NCBI GenBank assembly: GCA_021792615.1
Contig: JAJYUJ010000005.1
Coordinates: 6,075 to 70,074, forward strand
Length of the DNA stretch: 64,000 nucleotides
Reading direction: 5' to 3'
Source: a bacterium
GTDB lineage: Bacteria > JAMCPX01
The notes under the pieces were generated by a model. The model saw nothing but the letters and a program-made list of their open reading frames with translations, was not told the origin of the DNA and did not search any database. Each line of letters starts with the position of its first letter. The first letter of the stretch is position 1. Below, piece after piece: positions 37,515-48,459 of this stretch. The position numbers and the translations under genes were made by a program.

Positions 37515-38883
37515 TCTTTTTTAACCTCTTAATAAACGCATCTCCGACCGTTAGTATATCACCGGCTCCCTGGGTTATGACCATGTCGCCCGGAACAACG
37601 ATTTTTTCCAGCGCATCCACGATCTTGTCCTTATCCGGTATGTACCGGACGTCCTTGTACCCCATATCCTTCATGGCGCTGTAGAGCTTATACGCGTCCA
37701 CACCTTCTATAGGCTCTTCTCCCGCAGGATATATGTCCGTGATAATGAGGACATCGGCCTGATAAAATGCCGTAAGAAAATCGTTGAACAACAGCATGGT
37801 CCTCGTGTACCGGTGCGGCTGAAAAACGACAATGAGTCTGCGATTCCAGCCGTTTTTCGCACCCGCAAGCGTGGCCTTGATCTCTTTCGGATGATGACCG
37901 TAATCGTCCACGACGATGATATCGTTGATGTTCGCTTTTATCTGGAACCGTCTCTCCACACCATTGAATTTCTCTATCCCTTCCCGTATCTTTCCAGGCT
38001 CGAGTTCAAGCTCAACACCGGCGGCAATTCCCGCAAGCGCATTGTATACGTTGTGTATGCCCGGCATATGAATGGTGAAAGAGCCGAAAGGCTTGCCCCG
38101 CACGATAACGGAGAAATCGCACGCTCCGCCTCTCTGAACCACATTGTATCCCTGAACGTCTGCCTGTGCGGACAGGCCGTACGTCATCCTTCTCACCTTG
38201 AGTCTCGGCATAATGGATGCGACGTTTTCTTCATCGAGACATAAGATCGCAAGGCCGTAGAAAGGTACCTTGTTGATAAATTCCACGTACGCATCCTTCT
38301 CCTTCTCAAACGTCTTGTAGTAATCCAGGTGTTCGGGGTCTATGTTCGTTACAATCGCGATGGTCGGGGTAAGCTTCAGGAAGCTGCCGTCGCTTTCATC
38401 CGCTTCGGCGACAAGGTACTCGCTCTGGCCGAGTTTGGCGTTGGAACCGAATATGTTGACCTTACCGCCGACGATGCTCGTAGGATCGAGCCCGCCCTCC
38501 GCGAGCACCAGGGAAACGAGGGAGGTCGTCGTGGTCTTTCCATGACTCCCCGCTATCGCAACGGCATACTTGACCCGCATTAGCTCGGCAAGCATCTCTG
38601 CTCTCGGTATAGCGGGTATGTTATGTTCACGTGCGTAGACGAGTTCGGGGTTGTCGTCTTTTACCGCTGAGGAGAACACAACGACGTGTGCGTCTTTTGC
38701 GTTCACCGCCTTATGACCGATCATAATTGCAGCACCGAGGGCCTGGAGCCTTTCCGTTACCTTGGATGATTTGAGGTCGGAACCGCTTACCTCGTATCCT
38801 ATATTCAGGAGAAGCTCGGCTATCCCGCTCATGCCGGCCCCCCCGATACCCACAAAATGTATGTGCCTTATTCTTTTGTGCAT
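37507..38883 (-). CDS. murC: UDP-N-acetylmuramate--L-alanine ligase
   Basis: IHFVGIGGAGMSGIAELL and the Mur ligase P-loop GSHGKTTTTS are present. The start is taken at MHKRI (38883). Confidence 0.9.
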   Translation of the reverse strand: MHKRIRHIHFVGIGGAGMSGIAELLLNIGYEVSGSDLKSSKVTERLQALGAAIMIGHKAVNAKDAHVVVFSSAVKDDNPELVYAREHNIPAIPRAEMLAELMRVKYAVAIAGSHGKTTTTSLVSLVLAEGGLDPTSIVGGKVNIFGSNAKLGQSEYLVAEADESDGSFLKLTPTIAIVTNIDPEHLDYYKTFEKEKDAYVEFINKVPFYGLAILCLDEENVASIMPRLKVRRMTYGLSAQADVQGYNVVQRGGACDFSVIVRGKPFGSFTIHMPGIHNVYNALAGIAAGVELELEPGKIREGIEKFNGVERRFQIKANINDIIVVDDYGHHPKEIKATLAGAKNGWNRRLIVVFQPHRYTRTMLLFNDFLTAFYQADVLIITDIYPAGEEPIEGVDAYKLYSAMKDMGYKDVRYIPDKDKIVDALEKIVVPGDMVITQGAGDILTVGDAFIKRLKKNA

Positions 38884-39968
38884 GTTTTTGCCTTTCCTGC
38901 CAGCGTTATCATTGCATCCACAATGTCTGACGCTGCACCGGGTTTTGCCCATTTCATCATCGCTGCGGACATGTCTTTCATCCTGCCTTCGTCGGCGATC
39001 AGGTCGTGGATATGTTTTACGAGGAGTCCCGGTTCTGTAGTTGAGGCAGGTATCGTAACAGCTCCGCCATGAAATAAAACTTCCCTTGCATTGAGCGTCT
39101 GGTGATCCGAGGCAGCGGACGGGTACGGTATGAGGATGGACGGTATCCCGTAAGCTGCAAGCTCGAACAGGGTGGATGCGCCTGCCCGTGATACCGCAAT
39201 ATCCGCCTGCCCGAATACCGGTGCCATATTGTCTATAAAATCAAACACATCCGCCTTGAATCCAAACCGGTCGTATGCGCTCTTGACAGAGCCGCGGTCC
39301 GCTGTTCCTGTCTGGTGTATGAACCTGACCATGTCCCTTATATCCCTGAGGCCGTCGAGCCCCTGCACCATCATCTCGTTTATCTGGTGCGCGCCCTGGC
39401 TCCCGCCGAGTATGAGGATGGTTTTTACCGCTGCTGCATGCGACTTCCGCTCTTGCATTGCGTACCGGACCGGCAGGCCCGTCAACCGCGTCTTGCCGTC
39501 AGGCAGGTACTTTTGGGATGTTTCGAAGGATATAAATATCTCTTTCACGAACCTTGCAAGGACCTTGTTCGCAAGGCCGGGTACGGAGTTCTGTTCATGG
39601 ATAGCGGCAGGGATACGCATCAGGATTGCCGTCATGACGATCGGAAACGAGGCATACCCTCCTACACCGAGTACGGCATCCGGCATGAATTCCCGTATTA
39701 TTCTTTTTGATTCTACCATAGATTCGAGCAGGAGGAATAGAGACGACAGTTTTTCCCCGGCTGTTTTGTTCTTGAAGCCCTTAACGCTCAGGAGCCTCCG
39801 GTTACCCGGAGGAAGCGTCCATTTTCTGCTTTCTATACCAGAATCCGATCCAACATACATATAGACAATACCTTCTTTTCTCTTTATGATCTCATTCATA
39901 ACTGCCTGTGCGGGGAAAAAGTGTCCACCGCTACCCCCACCTGCTATTATCAGCCTCATCGCTTCCAT
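38868..39968 (-). CDS. murG: UDP-N-acetylglucosamine--N-acetylmuramyl-(pentapeptide) pyrophosphoryl-undecaprenol GlcNAc transferase
   Basis: GT28 motifs are present (IAGGGSGGHFFPA; a C-terminal GGS...G motif). Confidence 0.9.
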   Translation of the reverse strand: MEAMRLIIAGGGSGGHFFPAQAVMNEIIKRKEGIVYMYVGSDSGIESRKWTLPPGNRRLLSVKGFKNKTAGEKLSSLFLLLESMVESKRIIREFMPDAVLGVGGYASFPIVMTAILMRIPAAIHEQNSVPGLANKVLARFVKEIFISFETSQKYLPDGKTRLTGLPVRYAMQERKSHAAAVKTILILGGSQGAHQINEMMVQGLDGLRDIRDMVRFIHQTGTADRGSVKSAYDRFGFKADVFDFIDNMAPVFGQADIAVSRAGASTLFELAAYGIPSILIPYPSAASDHQTLNAREVLFHGGAVTIPASTTEPGLLVKHIHDLIADEGRMKDMSAAMMKWAKPGAASDIVDAMITLAGKAKTCTKE

Positions 39969-41049
39969 CGTTCACCCTTCTTGATAAATTCAATATTATG
40001 CCAACCGAGATAAGCTCTGCCGTCAATGAACTGCCGCCGTAGCTTATAAACGGCATGGTAAGCCCCTTTGTCGGCAGCAGCCCCAGCGTAACCGCTATGT
40101 TTATAATCACCTGGAGGGCAATAAATAAGGTCAATCCATAGACCGTTGCCTTCGTAAAGGTGCTCCCGGAACGTGCCGCTATGGAAAAAGCCCGGGTGAT
40201 CAGAAAGATGAATACCCCGATCACCGCCGCTACACCGATAAACCCGAGCTCTTCCGCGATAACCGAAAAGATAAAGTCCGTATGTGCCTCGGGCAGATAA
40301 AACAACTTTTCAAAGCTGTTGCCGATCCCGACACCCGTTATGCCGCCTGCACCGTAAGCAAGGGTGGACTGCACAATCTGGAACCCGCCCGTTTGCGCAT
40401 GCTGCCAGGGATCAAGGAATGCCTTCACACGGTTCAGCCTGTACGTGGAATGCATTACGAGTAACACGGCAACAGGTATGACGGGAATAATGACCAGAGC
40501 CAGAGACACAACGCTCGCACCCGTCAGATAGAGGATCGAGAACACCACGGTCGTGATAATGACTGCGCTTCCGAAATCGGGTTCCCTCAGGATCAGCACC
40601 AGGACGACGGCCGTGTAGATCAACGGCAGTAAAACAGGCGGTGCATTGTTGAGTCTCTGACCTTTTTCTTCGAGCACATGGGCTATAAGCACTATCAATA
40701 CGGGCTTTGCGAATTCCGACGGCTGGAGCGTAAATGCACCGAGTCGCAGCCACCGGTGTGAGCCGCTGACGACAACACCGATATGCGGTACAAAGACAAG
40801 GACCAGCAATAAAATGATAAACCCGTATAAGATGTTCGAGTATTTTCTCAGCAAATCGATGTTTATGACAGCGGCAAAACTTCCCGCGAGCAGCCCGAGG
40901 ACGAGATACACAAGCTGACGCTCAACAAAATAGTACTTTGTGCCGTACGCCTTCAATGCATAGATCGAACTTGCACTGAAGACCATGATCACGCCGAAAA
41001 GGCATAGTGCCAGGGTTGCAAGTATGATGCCGCGGTCATAGTCCTTCAT
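39931..41049 (-). CDS. ftsW: Peptidoglycan glycosyltransferase / lipid II flippase FtsW (SEDS family)
   Basis: A polytopic membrane protein with SEDS motifs, in the canonical position between murD and murG. Confidence 0.85.
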   Translation of the reverse strand: MKDYDRGIILATLALCLFGVIMVFSASSIYALKAYGTKYYFVERQLVYLVLGLLAGSFAAVINIDLLRKYSNILYGFIILLLVLVFVPHIGVVVSGSHRWLRLGAFTLQPSEFAKPVLIVLIAHVLEEKGQRLNNAPPVLLPLIYTAVVLVLILREPDFGSAVIITTVVFSILYLTGASVVSLALVIIPVIPVAVLLVMHSTYRLNRVKAFLDPWQHAQTGGFQIVQSTLAYGAGGITGVGIGNSFEKLFYLPEAHTDFIFSVIAEELGFIGVAAVIGVFIFLITRAFSIAARSGSTFTKATVYGLTLFIALQVIINIAVTLGLLPTKGLTMPFISYGGSSLTAELISVGIILNLSRRVNDGSDEADNSRWG

Positions 41050-42406
41050 GCGGAGCCTCCCCGTTTATTTTTATAACCGCGGATGTAAACATGTCGCCCC
41101 TTTGCTTGTAATCGAGGAACATATCAAAGCTTGAACAAGCAGGGGACAGGAGTACACTATCACCGCGCCGTGCATCGTGGACCGCTGCAGCAACCGCGGA
41201 TTCCATCGAATCAACCGGCGTTATTCTTACAAGGTCATGGAATGCCTTTGTGATCCGTTCTTTCGCTTCACCCATGACGATGAGCAGCTTCACCTTTTCC
41301 CTGATGAGCCCCGACAAAGGACTGTAATCACCTTCCTTGTCCCTTCCTCCCATGATTAGGATCACCGGGGCAGACATGGTTTTCAGTGCAACAACCACTG
41401 CATCGACATTCGTGGCCTTTGAATCGTCATAGTATTTTATACCCCGGATATCCGCCACAAGCTGAATCCTGTGAGGAAGACCTTTGAAGCCGTTTATCGT
41501 TTCCTGGATAACACCGTCCGGCACATCGAGCAGTTTTGACACGATAATGCATGCCATCACATTCTGGACATTGTGCTTGCCTGTCAAAACCGGGTTATTC
41601 AGAGTAAAGGCAGTTTTATATCCGGACCCGTCAATAAAGAGTATCTCCCCGTTTTTATAATAAGCACCCCTCCTCGTCCTCTTGCTCGTGGTAAAACAGT
41701 AGGGCCTTGACTTGATCGTTCTCTTCCCTTTTACCGTGTATTTGTCTTCGGCATTGATGACCGCATAATCGTCTATGGATTGGTTCATGAATATCCTGAG
41801 TTTCGCCTTTGCGTAATCGTTTATGTCTTTATACCGGTCGAGATGATCGTCCGTGATGTTGAGCAATCCCGCTATCCATGGTCTGAAGCTGACGATACCC
41901 TCGAGCTGGTAGCTTGACAGCTCGAGAAGGTACAATCCGTATTCGCTGTCATGCTCAACGAGCTGAATAAACGGTGTGCCGATATTCCCCCCGACTCCGG
42001 CCTTTTTGCCCGCATTGTTCACTATCATGCCGAGCAGGGTAACCGTGGTGGTTTTCCCATTGGTCCCGGTAATGCCGATGATTTTTTTCTCCGTGAATCT
42101 GGACGCAAACTCGATCTCGCTTATCACCTCCGCACCTTTTTGCCGGGCCGTTTGAATGCCTTTCAATGCCATAGGCACACCCGGGCTGACAATAACAAGT
42201 TCTTCGTTGTCCAGCGCATTGCCGTCCCAGCCGCCGACCATGGTTATCGCGGATTTCATACTGTCGAGGCCGTTGATCTCCGAACCGGGTTTCCGGTCAT
42301 AGCAGGTAACCCGGGCACCTCTCTTCAGGATAAAGCCGGTAACGGCAAGACCCGTACCGCCCATGCCGATAACCGCTGTTTTTTTGCCCCGTAATTCCAT
42401 CATCAC
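41036..42406 (-). CDS. murD: UDP-N-acetylmuramoylalanine--D-glutamate ligase
   Basis: An N-terminal Rossmann (KTAVIGMGGTG) and the Mur ligase P-loop GTNGKTTT are present. Confidence 0.9.
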   Translation of the reverse strand: MMMELRGKKTAVIGMGGTGLAVTGFILKRGARVTCYDRKPGSEINGLDSMKSAITMVGGWDGNALDNEELVIVSPGVPMALKGIQTARQKGAEVISEIEFASRFTEKKIIGITGTNGKTTTVTLLGMIVNNAGKKAGVGGNIGTPFIQLVEHDSEYGLYLLELSSYQLEGIVSFRPWIAGLLNITDDHLDRYKDINDYAKAKLRIFMNQSIDDYAVINAEDKYTVKGKRTIKSRPYCFTTSKRTRRGAYYKNGEILFIDGSGYKTAFTLNNPVLTGKHNVQNVMACIIVSKLLDVPDGVIQETINGFKGLPHRIQLVADIRGIKYYDDSKATNVDAVVVALKTMSAPVILIMGGRDKEGDYSPLSGLIREKVKLLIVMGEAKERITKAFHDLVRITPVDSMESAVAAAVHDARRGDSVLLSPACSSFDMFLDYKQRGDMFTSAVIKINGEAPHEGL

Positions 42407-43479
42407 CTCAACTTGAGCGTTGCCAGGCCGAGGAGTGCGAGCAAAATGGATATGATCCAGAACCTAACCGTTATTTTCGGCTCGACCCATCCCTTCAATT
42501 CAAAATGGTGGTGAATCGGCGCCATTGCAAATACGCGCCTGCCGATCAATTTGAAGGAACTCACCTGTGTTATTACCGAGAGGGCCTCAATCACGAAAAC
42601 ACCTCCGATAATCGCAAGCAGTATCTCCTGCTTGAGTATAATGGCCACGATACCGAGAACACCTCCCAGTCCGAGAGAACCCGTATCACCCATGAATATC
42701 TCTGCAGGGTAGGTGTTAAACCACAGGAATCCCATAGAGGCGCCGATAACGGCGCCTGCGAAGGTTGCTATTTCTCCTGTCCCGGGAATGGCGGCGAACA
42801 TCAGATATTCGGAGAATTTTACGTTGCCGAGCACATAGGCGAACACCGCATACACGCCGAAACAGGTCATAACAGGGACGATTGCAAGGCCGTCCTGCCC
42901 GTCGGTGAGATTAACCGCATTCGATGTCCCTATGACGATAAAGAGGAATAACACAAAGTACACCCAGCCCAGATTAACGACGAATCTTTTGAAGAACGGG
43001 AATGTGAGCGTATAATTCAAGTCGTCAAACCGTAAGAGCAAATAGATAACCGCAATGGTCAGGACCGTCTCAAGCACCAGCTTGTAGCTTCCCTTCAGCC
43101 CCTTTGAACTCCTGTCTTTAAGCTTTTTATAGTCATCCGTAAAACCGATGGCTCCAAAACCCAGGAGTGCGAACAGGAGTATCCATACATACACATTGGC
43201 GATATCCATCCACAGTAAGGTCGAAACAAGAATGGACAGTATCATCAAGACCCCGCCCATGGTCGGCGTTCCTTTCTTGCTGATGTGGTTTTTGGGGCCG
43301 TCGGACCGCACAACCTGTCCCATGCCTATTCTCGTCATGAACTTTATAAAGGGGGCCCCGAAGATCATGCTGATAACCAATGCGGTTATCATCGCACTCA
43401 AGGTCCTGAATGTTATGTACTTTAAAACATGAAATATAATAAATTGCTTTGCCAGTGGATATAAAAGATATTCAAGCAT
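42403..43479 (-). CDS. mraY: Phospho-N-acetylmuramoyl-pentapeptide transferase
   Basis: Polytopic membrane protein with MraY motifs (NAVNLTDGQDGLA, HHHFE). Confidence 0.9.
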   Translation of the reverse strand: MLEYLLYPLAKQFIIFHVLKYITFRTLSAMITALVISMIFGAPFIKFMTRIGMGQVVRSDGPKNHISKKGTPTMGGVLMILSILVSTLLWMDIANVYVWILLFALLGFGAIGFTDDYKKLKDRSSKGLKGSYKLVLETVLTIAVIYLLLRFDDLNYTLTFPFFKRFVVNLGWVYFVLFLFIVIGTSNAVNLTDGQDGLAIVPVMTCFGVYAVFAYVLGNVKFSEYLMFAAIPGTGEIATFAGAVIGASMGFLWFNTYPAEIFMGDTGSLGLGGVLGIVAIILKQEILLAIIGGVFVIEALSVITQVSSFKLIGRRVFAMAPIHHHFELKGWVEPKITVRFWIISILLALLGLATLKLR

Positions 43480-44878
43480 CTTTGCTCCTCATAATACTAT
43501 CGTACCCGCTCAATACCTGCTCCAGTTTCATGCTCCTTGACCCTTTTATATAAATCACGGTACCGTCTTTCGATAACGATACCAGTTCCCGGACAGCGGA
43601 CTGGATATCGCCGGCCTGGAGAGCATAAATCTGTTTTTTCCCGGATGAACGGATACCTTCAAACGTGTTGTCCGAGAACCTGCCCATCAAAATAAATTTG
43701 TTTATACCCTGTCCGGCAAGATACAGGCCGAGATCGAAATGGTGCTGCGCCGTCTGCTCGCCGAGTTCGAGCATATCTCCTATAACGGCTACGATCCTTT
43801 CTGCCCCGTACCGCTCTATAGCTGACTGGAAACCACCTTGCATCGAATCCGGGTTGGCGTTGTACGTATCATCGATAATCGTTATGTTATTTTTATAGGA
43901 CATGCTGTTGCCTCTCCCTTTGAATACCGTAAACCGCTCGCACGCCGAGCGTATGGCGTCCCATCCTACCTGCAAGTGTCTTGCACACAGCATGGAGAGA
44001 GCCATATCGTAAAGATAGTGCTTGCCTGAAACCGGCGTGCTGAAGCTGCGCTCTTCGCCTTCATACAGAATCCTGAAATCCATGCCCTTATCCGTAAGGT
44101 TGTAAGAAAGTATTCGCAGCTGGGCATGCCCGGAAAAACCCGCCGTGATGACCCTGCCCTTAAAGCGATTGGCTATATCCATGACAAAAGGATCGTCTGC
44201 ATTCATCACCGCAGTCCCCTGCTGTGACATGGCGGAAAACATCTCTGATTTTGCCCGTGCAACGCCCTGGAGGTCTTTGAAAAATTCAAGGTGCGCCCTG
44301 CCGATGTTCGTCAGAATGCCTATGTCCGGGGAAGCTATACCGGCAAGGTTTGCCAATTCTCCATACCTGCTTGTCCCGAGTTCCAGCACCCACACCTGCG
44401 TGTCCTGCTCCATGTTGAGTATGGACAGGGGCAGGCCTATAAGATTGTTGAGATTACCCTGTGTCTTCCCGCACCTGAACGATTCCGACAGAAGCGCATA
44501 CAGCATTTCTTTTGTGGTTGTTTTCCCGTTGCTGCCGGTGACGGTTATGACGGCCGGCTTGTACCGTTCCCGTAGAGCATGCGCCAGCGCTCCAAGGGAT
44601 TGGACCGTATCCGGAACGGAAAAAACAGCGGTCTTACCGCTGAATCCGCCGGCCAGATGCTCCAGGCTTTTATTGAGCACGACACCGGCAGCCCCCTGAC
44701 GGACGGCATCGTTCGCAAAGGTATGACCATCGAATCGTTCGCCTTTGATAGCAAAGAACAGCATATTCTGAAGAGGCTTCCTTGTGTCCGTCGATGCACC
44801 CTGAGCGCACCAGTCCGTGCCGGCATGGGACACCGTTATGTTTTTTAACTTCTGCATATCCTGCATATCTATCTTCAA
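43472..44878 (-). CDS. murF: UDP-N-acetylmuramoyl-tripeptide--D-alanyl-D-alanine ligase
   Basis: The Mur ligase P-loop TGSNGKTTTKEML is present, in dcw context. Confidence 0.85.
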   Translation of the reverse strand: MKIDMQDMQKLKNITVSHAGTDWCAQGASTDTRKPLQNMLFFAIKGERFDGHTFANDAVRQGAAGVVLNKSLEHLAGGFSGKTAVFSVPDTVQSLGALAHALRERYKPAVITVTGSNGKTTTKEMLYALLSESFRCGKTQGNLNNLIGLPLSILNMEQDTQVWVLELGTSRYGELANLAGIASPDIGILTNIGRAHLEFFKDLQGVARAKSEMFSAMSQQGTAVMNADDPFVMDIANRFKGRVITAGFSGHAQLRILSYNLTDKGMDFRILYEGEERSFSTPVSGKHYLYDMALSMLCARHLQVGWDAIRSACERFTVFKGRGNSMSYKNNITIIDDTYNANPDSMQGGFQSAIERYGAERIVAVIGDMLELGEQTAQHHFDLGLYLAGQGINKFILMGRFSDNTFEGIRSSGKKQIYALQAGDIQSAVRELVSLSKDGTVIYIKGSRSMKLEQVLSGYDSIMRSKDA

Positions 44879-46392
44879 TGTTTTATTCCAAAATAATCAT
44901 GGACGTTTTCCCGGTCGCTGAAGTGAATGGTTTTGTCTTTGAATATTTGATAGTCTTCATGTCCTTTGCCCGCTATGAGCAGGACATCGCCTTTCTCGGC
45001 TATCTCCAGTGCTTTCCTGATCGCCTGTTTCCTGTCCGCAACCACGGTATAAACCTTTGAATCGTAACGTCTGCCGGAATCCATCGATTCGACTTTCGGT
45101 GTATTTGTTATGCCTCTCTCTATTTCCGAGATAATGGTTTCCGGCTGTTCGGAGCGCGGGTTGTCGGATGTTATGACGGTTATATCCGCAAGCCGTACTG
45201 CAATTTCACCCATGATCGGCCTCTTGCCCTTATCCCTGTCTCCTCCGCACCCGAACACACATATTATCCTTTTCTTCTTCAACCCGCTCAATGCGGTCAA
45301 AACCTTTTCGAGCGCATCAGGACTGTGCGCATAATCCACGAACACATAAACATCCTTGGGGTTTTCTACCCGTTCCACCCTTCCCGGCACATGCTTCAAC
45401 GCTCCAATCCCGTGTTTGATGTGATCGATGGATATGTTCGACACGATGGCAGTGGCAACCGCTGCCATGATATTATAAATATTGTAGGAACCCACAAGGG
45501 GTGACTTCAGGTCTATGATACCTATGGGGGTTGAAAGTTTCATCGTGATGCCGTCGAGCGATGCCGTTGACTCCACCGGCCTGATATCTGCCTGTTTTGA
45601 ATTCCCGAATCTGAGAATATGGATGCCCCTTTTTATCCTGAGCTTGTTTATCCAGGGATCATCGCTGTTCAGGATGGCAAATTTCTTGCTCTTATGGCTT
45701 GCGACAAGCAGTTTCTCGAACAAGAGCGATTTTGCGGCAAAATAGTTTTCCATGGTCTTGTGATAATCAAGGTGGTCCTGCGTAAGATTGGTGAAGATTG
45801 CCACATCGAAGTCGATGCCGTTTACCCTGCCCTGTGCGATTGCATGCGAGGATACTTCCATGACGAGATCGGTCGCCCCCTGCGACAGATACTCGCTCAT
45901 CATCATATTGAGGTCCAGAGACTCGGGTGTTGTATTGACGGCCTTTACCTTCTTATTCATATACCGGTAATTGATGGTGCCTATCACCATGGGTTTTTTT
46001 TTGGCTGAAGCGAGTATGGATTCTACAAGATACGTCGTCGTCGTCTTGCCGTTCGTACCGGTTATCCCGACTACAAACAAGTCCGCAGCCGGGTTATTAT
46101 AAAACTCCCTTGATAGTAGCGACAGTGCACTGCGGGGATCATCCACAATGATCTGTACTGCCCCGTCCATTGAAGGGTTGTATGTCTTTGCAACGATTGC
46201 AACCGCACCGTTGCGGACAGCTTCCTGCTCGTACTTTACGCCGTCCTCTTTTTCTCCGGGCATTGCTACAAACAAATAATTGTTGTGCACTTTCCTTGAA
46301 TCATACGCAATGCCTTTGATTTCTCCGGATACATCTCCATGAAGAGATACAACATGGATGCTTTTCAATAGTTTCTTTATGTCCATACTCAT
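44875..46392 (-). CDS. murE: UDP-N-acetylmuramoyl-L-alanyl-D-glutamate--2,6-diaminopimelate ligase
   Basis: P-loop GITGTNGKTTTTYL and the DNPR-like motif (SDNPRSE), consistent with meso-DAP specificity. Confidence 0.9.
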   Translation of the reverse strand: MSMDIKKLLKSIHVVSLHGDVSGEIKGIAYDSRKVHNNYLFVAMPGEKEDGVKYEQEAVRNGAVAIVAKTYNPSMDGAVQIIVDDPRSALSLLSREFYNNPAADLFVVGITGTNGKTTTTYLVESILASAKKKPMVIGTINYRYMNKKVKAVNTTPESLDLNMMMSEYLSQGATDLVMEVSSHAIAQGRVNGIDFDVAIFTNLTQDHLDYHKTMENYFAAKSLLFEKLLVASHKSKKFAILNSDDPWINKLRIKRGIHILRFGNSKQADIRPVESTASLDGITMKLSTPIGIIDLKSPLVGSYNIYNIMAAVATAIVSNISIDHIKHGIGALKHVPGRVERVENPKDVYVFVDYAHSPDALEKVLTALSGLKKKRIICVFGCGGDRDKGKRPIMGEIAVRLADITVITSDNPRSEQPETIISEIERGITNTPKVESMDSGRRYDSKVYTVVADRKQAIRKALEIAEKGDVLLIAGKGHEDYQIFKDKTIHFSDRENVHDYFGIKH

Positions 46393-48458
46393 CCCTTCGT
46401 CGCCTTCATGGAGTGAGGGCCGTCCCGTTTGCCGCTATACACGGACTTCTTCGCTTGCGGGATATACCGTGTGCCCGATCGCACGACGCGCCCGCCCTGC
46501 ATACCCATTTTCATGGAAAACAACACCCGTACGGGTCCCCCGGAATACGGGGTATAGGATCGGGGGCTCTGATCAACGGCATAACCGGAACCTTTTATCA
46601 CGACATCGCTTATGCCTGCCTGCTTTGCTTGTTTTAGCACGGCCCTCATTGTTTTGCCCGCGAAATCGGGCACGAAGCCCGTCTGGGTTATTCCGTTGAA
46701 CTGCGCCTGTTCTATATCCACGGACGAGGGCTCGCCGGAAGGCATTGCCATGATATTCAATTTCGAAGGAACACCGAGATACGGCAGCACCTTTTCCGCC
46801 ACATCTTTGAAAACCGGTGCAGCGCTCGATCCTCCGTAAGGATTTTTTTGAGGATCGACAAGCATGATAAGCATAACAATCTTTGGATTGTGTGCGGGTA
46901 CAAATCCGAGGAAAGATGCAACAAACCTGTTTTTATAATACGTGCCCGTTAATGGATCGGGGATCTGTGCTGTTCCGGTTTTACCCGCCACCGTATAGCC
47001 GTTCATCGCCGCATTGATTCCCGTTCCTCCGTCATTGACGACACCGATCATCATATCGGTCATGATCCGTGCCGTATGCCCGGATATGACCCTTCTTCTG
47101 ATGACGGGCTGAAACGTCTGGACCCTGCCGTCCGGTTTCCTTATCTCTTTTATGATCCTCGGTGCAAGCAGCAACCCTCCGTTGGCTATTGCAGACATTG
47201 CCGTAACAAGCTGAATGGGGGTTGCGGATACACCCTGGCCGAACGGTATGGTATCTATGGAAACGCCAGACCATTTGTCCACGGGGTTCAGTATGCCCGG
47301 GGATTCTCCCGGCAATTCAATGCCGGTCTGGCTGCCGAACCCGAATTGTCTCAGATACCGGTAAAGACTGGTACTGCCCAGTTTCTCCCCTATTTTCGCG
47401 GCACCGATGTTGCTGCTATACTTGAGAATATCTCCGATGCTGAGCATGTTGAAATCGCCTTCTGCGTCCTTTATGACTATGTTGTACACCTTGTAGTGGC
47501 CGTCCTCACAGAATATTTTTTCATTCGGGGAAATCACGCCGGCATCAAGGGCCGATGAAATCACAAACGGCTTGAATATAGAGCCAGGTTCATAGGTATT
47601 TTCAACAGCCGTATCCTTGAACACGGACATGGGATAATCCCTGTACACATTGGGATTGAAGTCCGGTATGCTTGCCATTGCAAGTATCCCGCCTGTCGCG
47701 GGGTTCATGATGATACCGATGCCCTTCTTTGCTTCCTGCTCTGCTACGGCTTTCTTGAGCGCCTCCTGCAGTATGAACTGGATGTTCAGATCGAGAGTCG
47801 TCACGACACTGTCTCCGCTCGGTGAAACATCGTCGGTGAGGTCACCCGTATAAATGGGGCTGTTGCGTCCATCGACATCGATGACCGCCGAAAACGGGGT
47901 GCCGCTTAAATACCCGTTCAGGGACAGTTCTATACCCGCAAGACCGTTGGAGTCTATACCGACAAAACCCAGTACATTGCTTGCAAGTTTAAGGTCGGGA
48001 TAATACCTTCTGTATTCTTTCAAAGAGTATATACCCGGTAAATGGTATTGCATGAGTTTGCGTGCCGTGTCCGGATCGACAAGTCTTTTTATCCAGACAA
48101 ACTGCCGGTCCGATTCCAGTTTTTTGAGAACGGTATCCGCGTTAAGCTTGAGGATGTTACCGGTAATGATCGCTGTCCTGCTTTTGTTTTTTATCTTTGC
48201 AGGGTCCGCATAAAACGAGTCTACCAGCACACTCTGTGCAAGTATCCTGCCGTCCCTGTCCATGATTAAACCCCGTGCCGGAAGAAGGGTGACCTCTCTC
48301 GAATACTGCTTTCTCGCTAACTCCGCATACCTCCTGCCCTTTATTACCTCGAGGTAAAATGCCTTTGACAGCACAACTGCAAAACCTGCCATGATACACA
48401 GGTATATAATGAATAGTCTTACGAGATGTTGTTCATGTATACGCTTTACCGAGTCCAT
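46389..48458 (-). CDS. ftsI: Peptidoglycan D,D-transpeptidase FtsI (class B PBP) with a C-terminal PASTA domain
   Basis: A PBP dimerisation domain and transpeptidase motifs (SxxK in SIFKPF, SxN, KTG in KTGTA) are present. The C-terminal ~70 aa (VPDFAGKTMRAVLKQAKQAGISDVVIKGSGYAVDQSP) is PASTA-like. Confidence 0.85.
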   Translation of the reverse strand: MDSVKRIHEQHLVRLFIIYLCIMAGFAVVLSKAFYLEVIKGRRYAELARKQYSREVTLLPARGLIMDRDGRILAQSVLVDSFYADPAKIKNKSRTAIITGNILKLNADTVLKKLESDRQFVWIKRLVDPDTARKLMQYHLPGIYSLKEYRRYYPDLKLASNVLGFVGIDSNGLAGIELSLNGYLSGTPFSAVIDVDGRNSPIYTGDLTDDVSPSGDSVVTTLDLNIQFILQEALKKAVAEQEAKKGIGIIMNPATGGILAMASIPDFNPNVYRDYPMSVFKDTAVENTYEPGSIFKPFVISSALDAGVISPNEKIFCEDGHYKVYNIVIKDAEGDFNMLSIGDILKYSSNIGAAKIGEKLGSTSLYRYLRQFGFGSQTGIELPGESPGILNPVDKWSGVSIDTIPFGQGVSATPIQLVTAMSAIANGGLLLAPRIIKEIRKPDGRVQTFQPVIRRRVISGHTARIMTDMMIGVVNDGGTGINAAMNGYTVAGKTGTAQIPDPLTGTYYKNRFVASFLGFVPAHNPKIVMLIMLVDPQKNPYGGSSAAPVFKDVAEKVLPYLGVPSKLNIMAMPSGEPSSVDIEQAQFNGITQTGFVPDFAGKTMRAVLKQAKQAGISDVVIKGSGYAVDQSPRSYTPYSGGPVRVLFSMKMGMQGGRVVRSGTRYIPQAKKSVYSGKRDGPHSMKATKG

Positions 48459-48459
48459 C

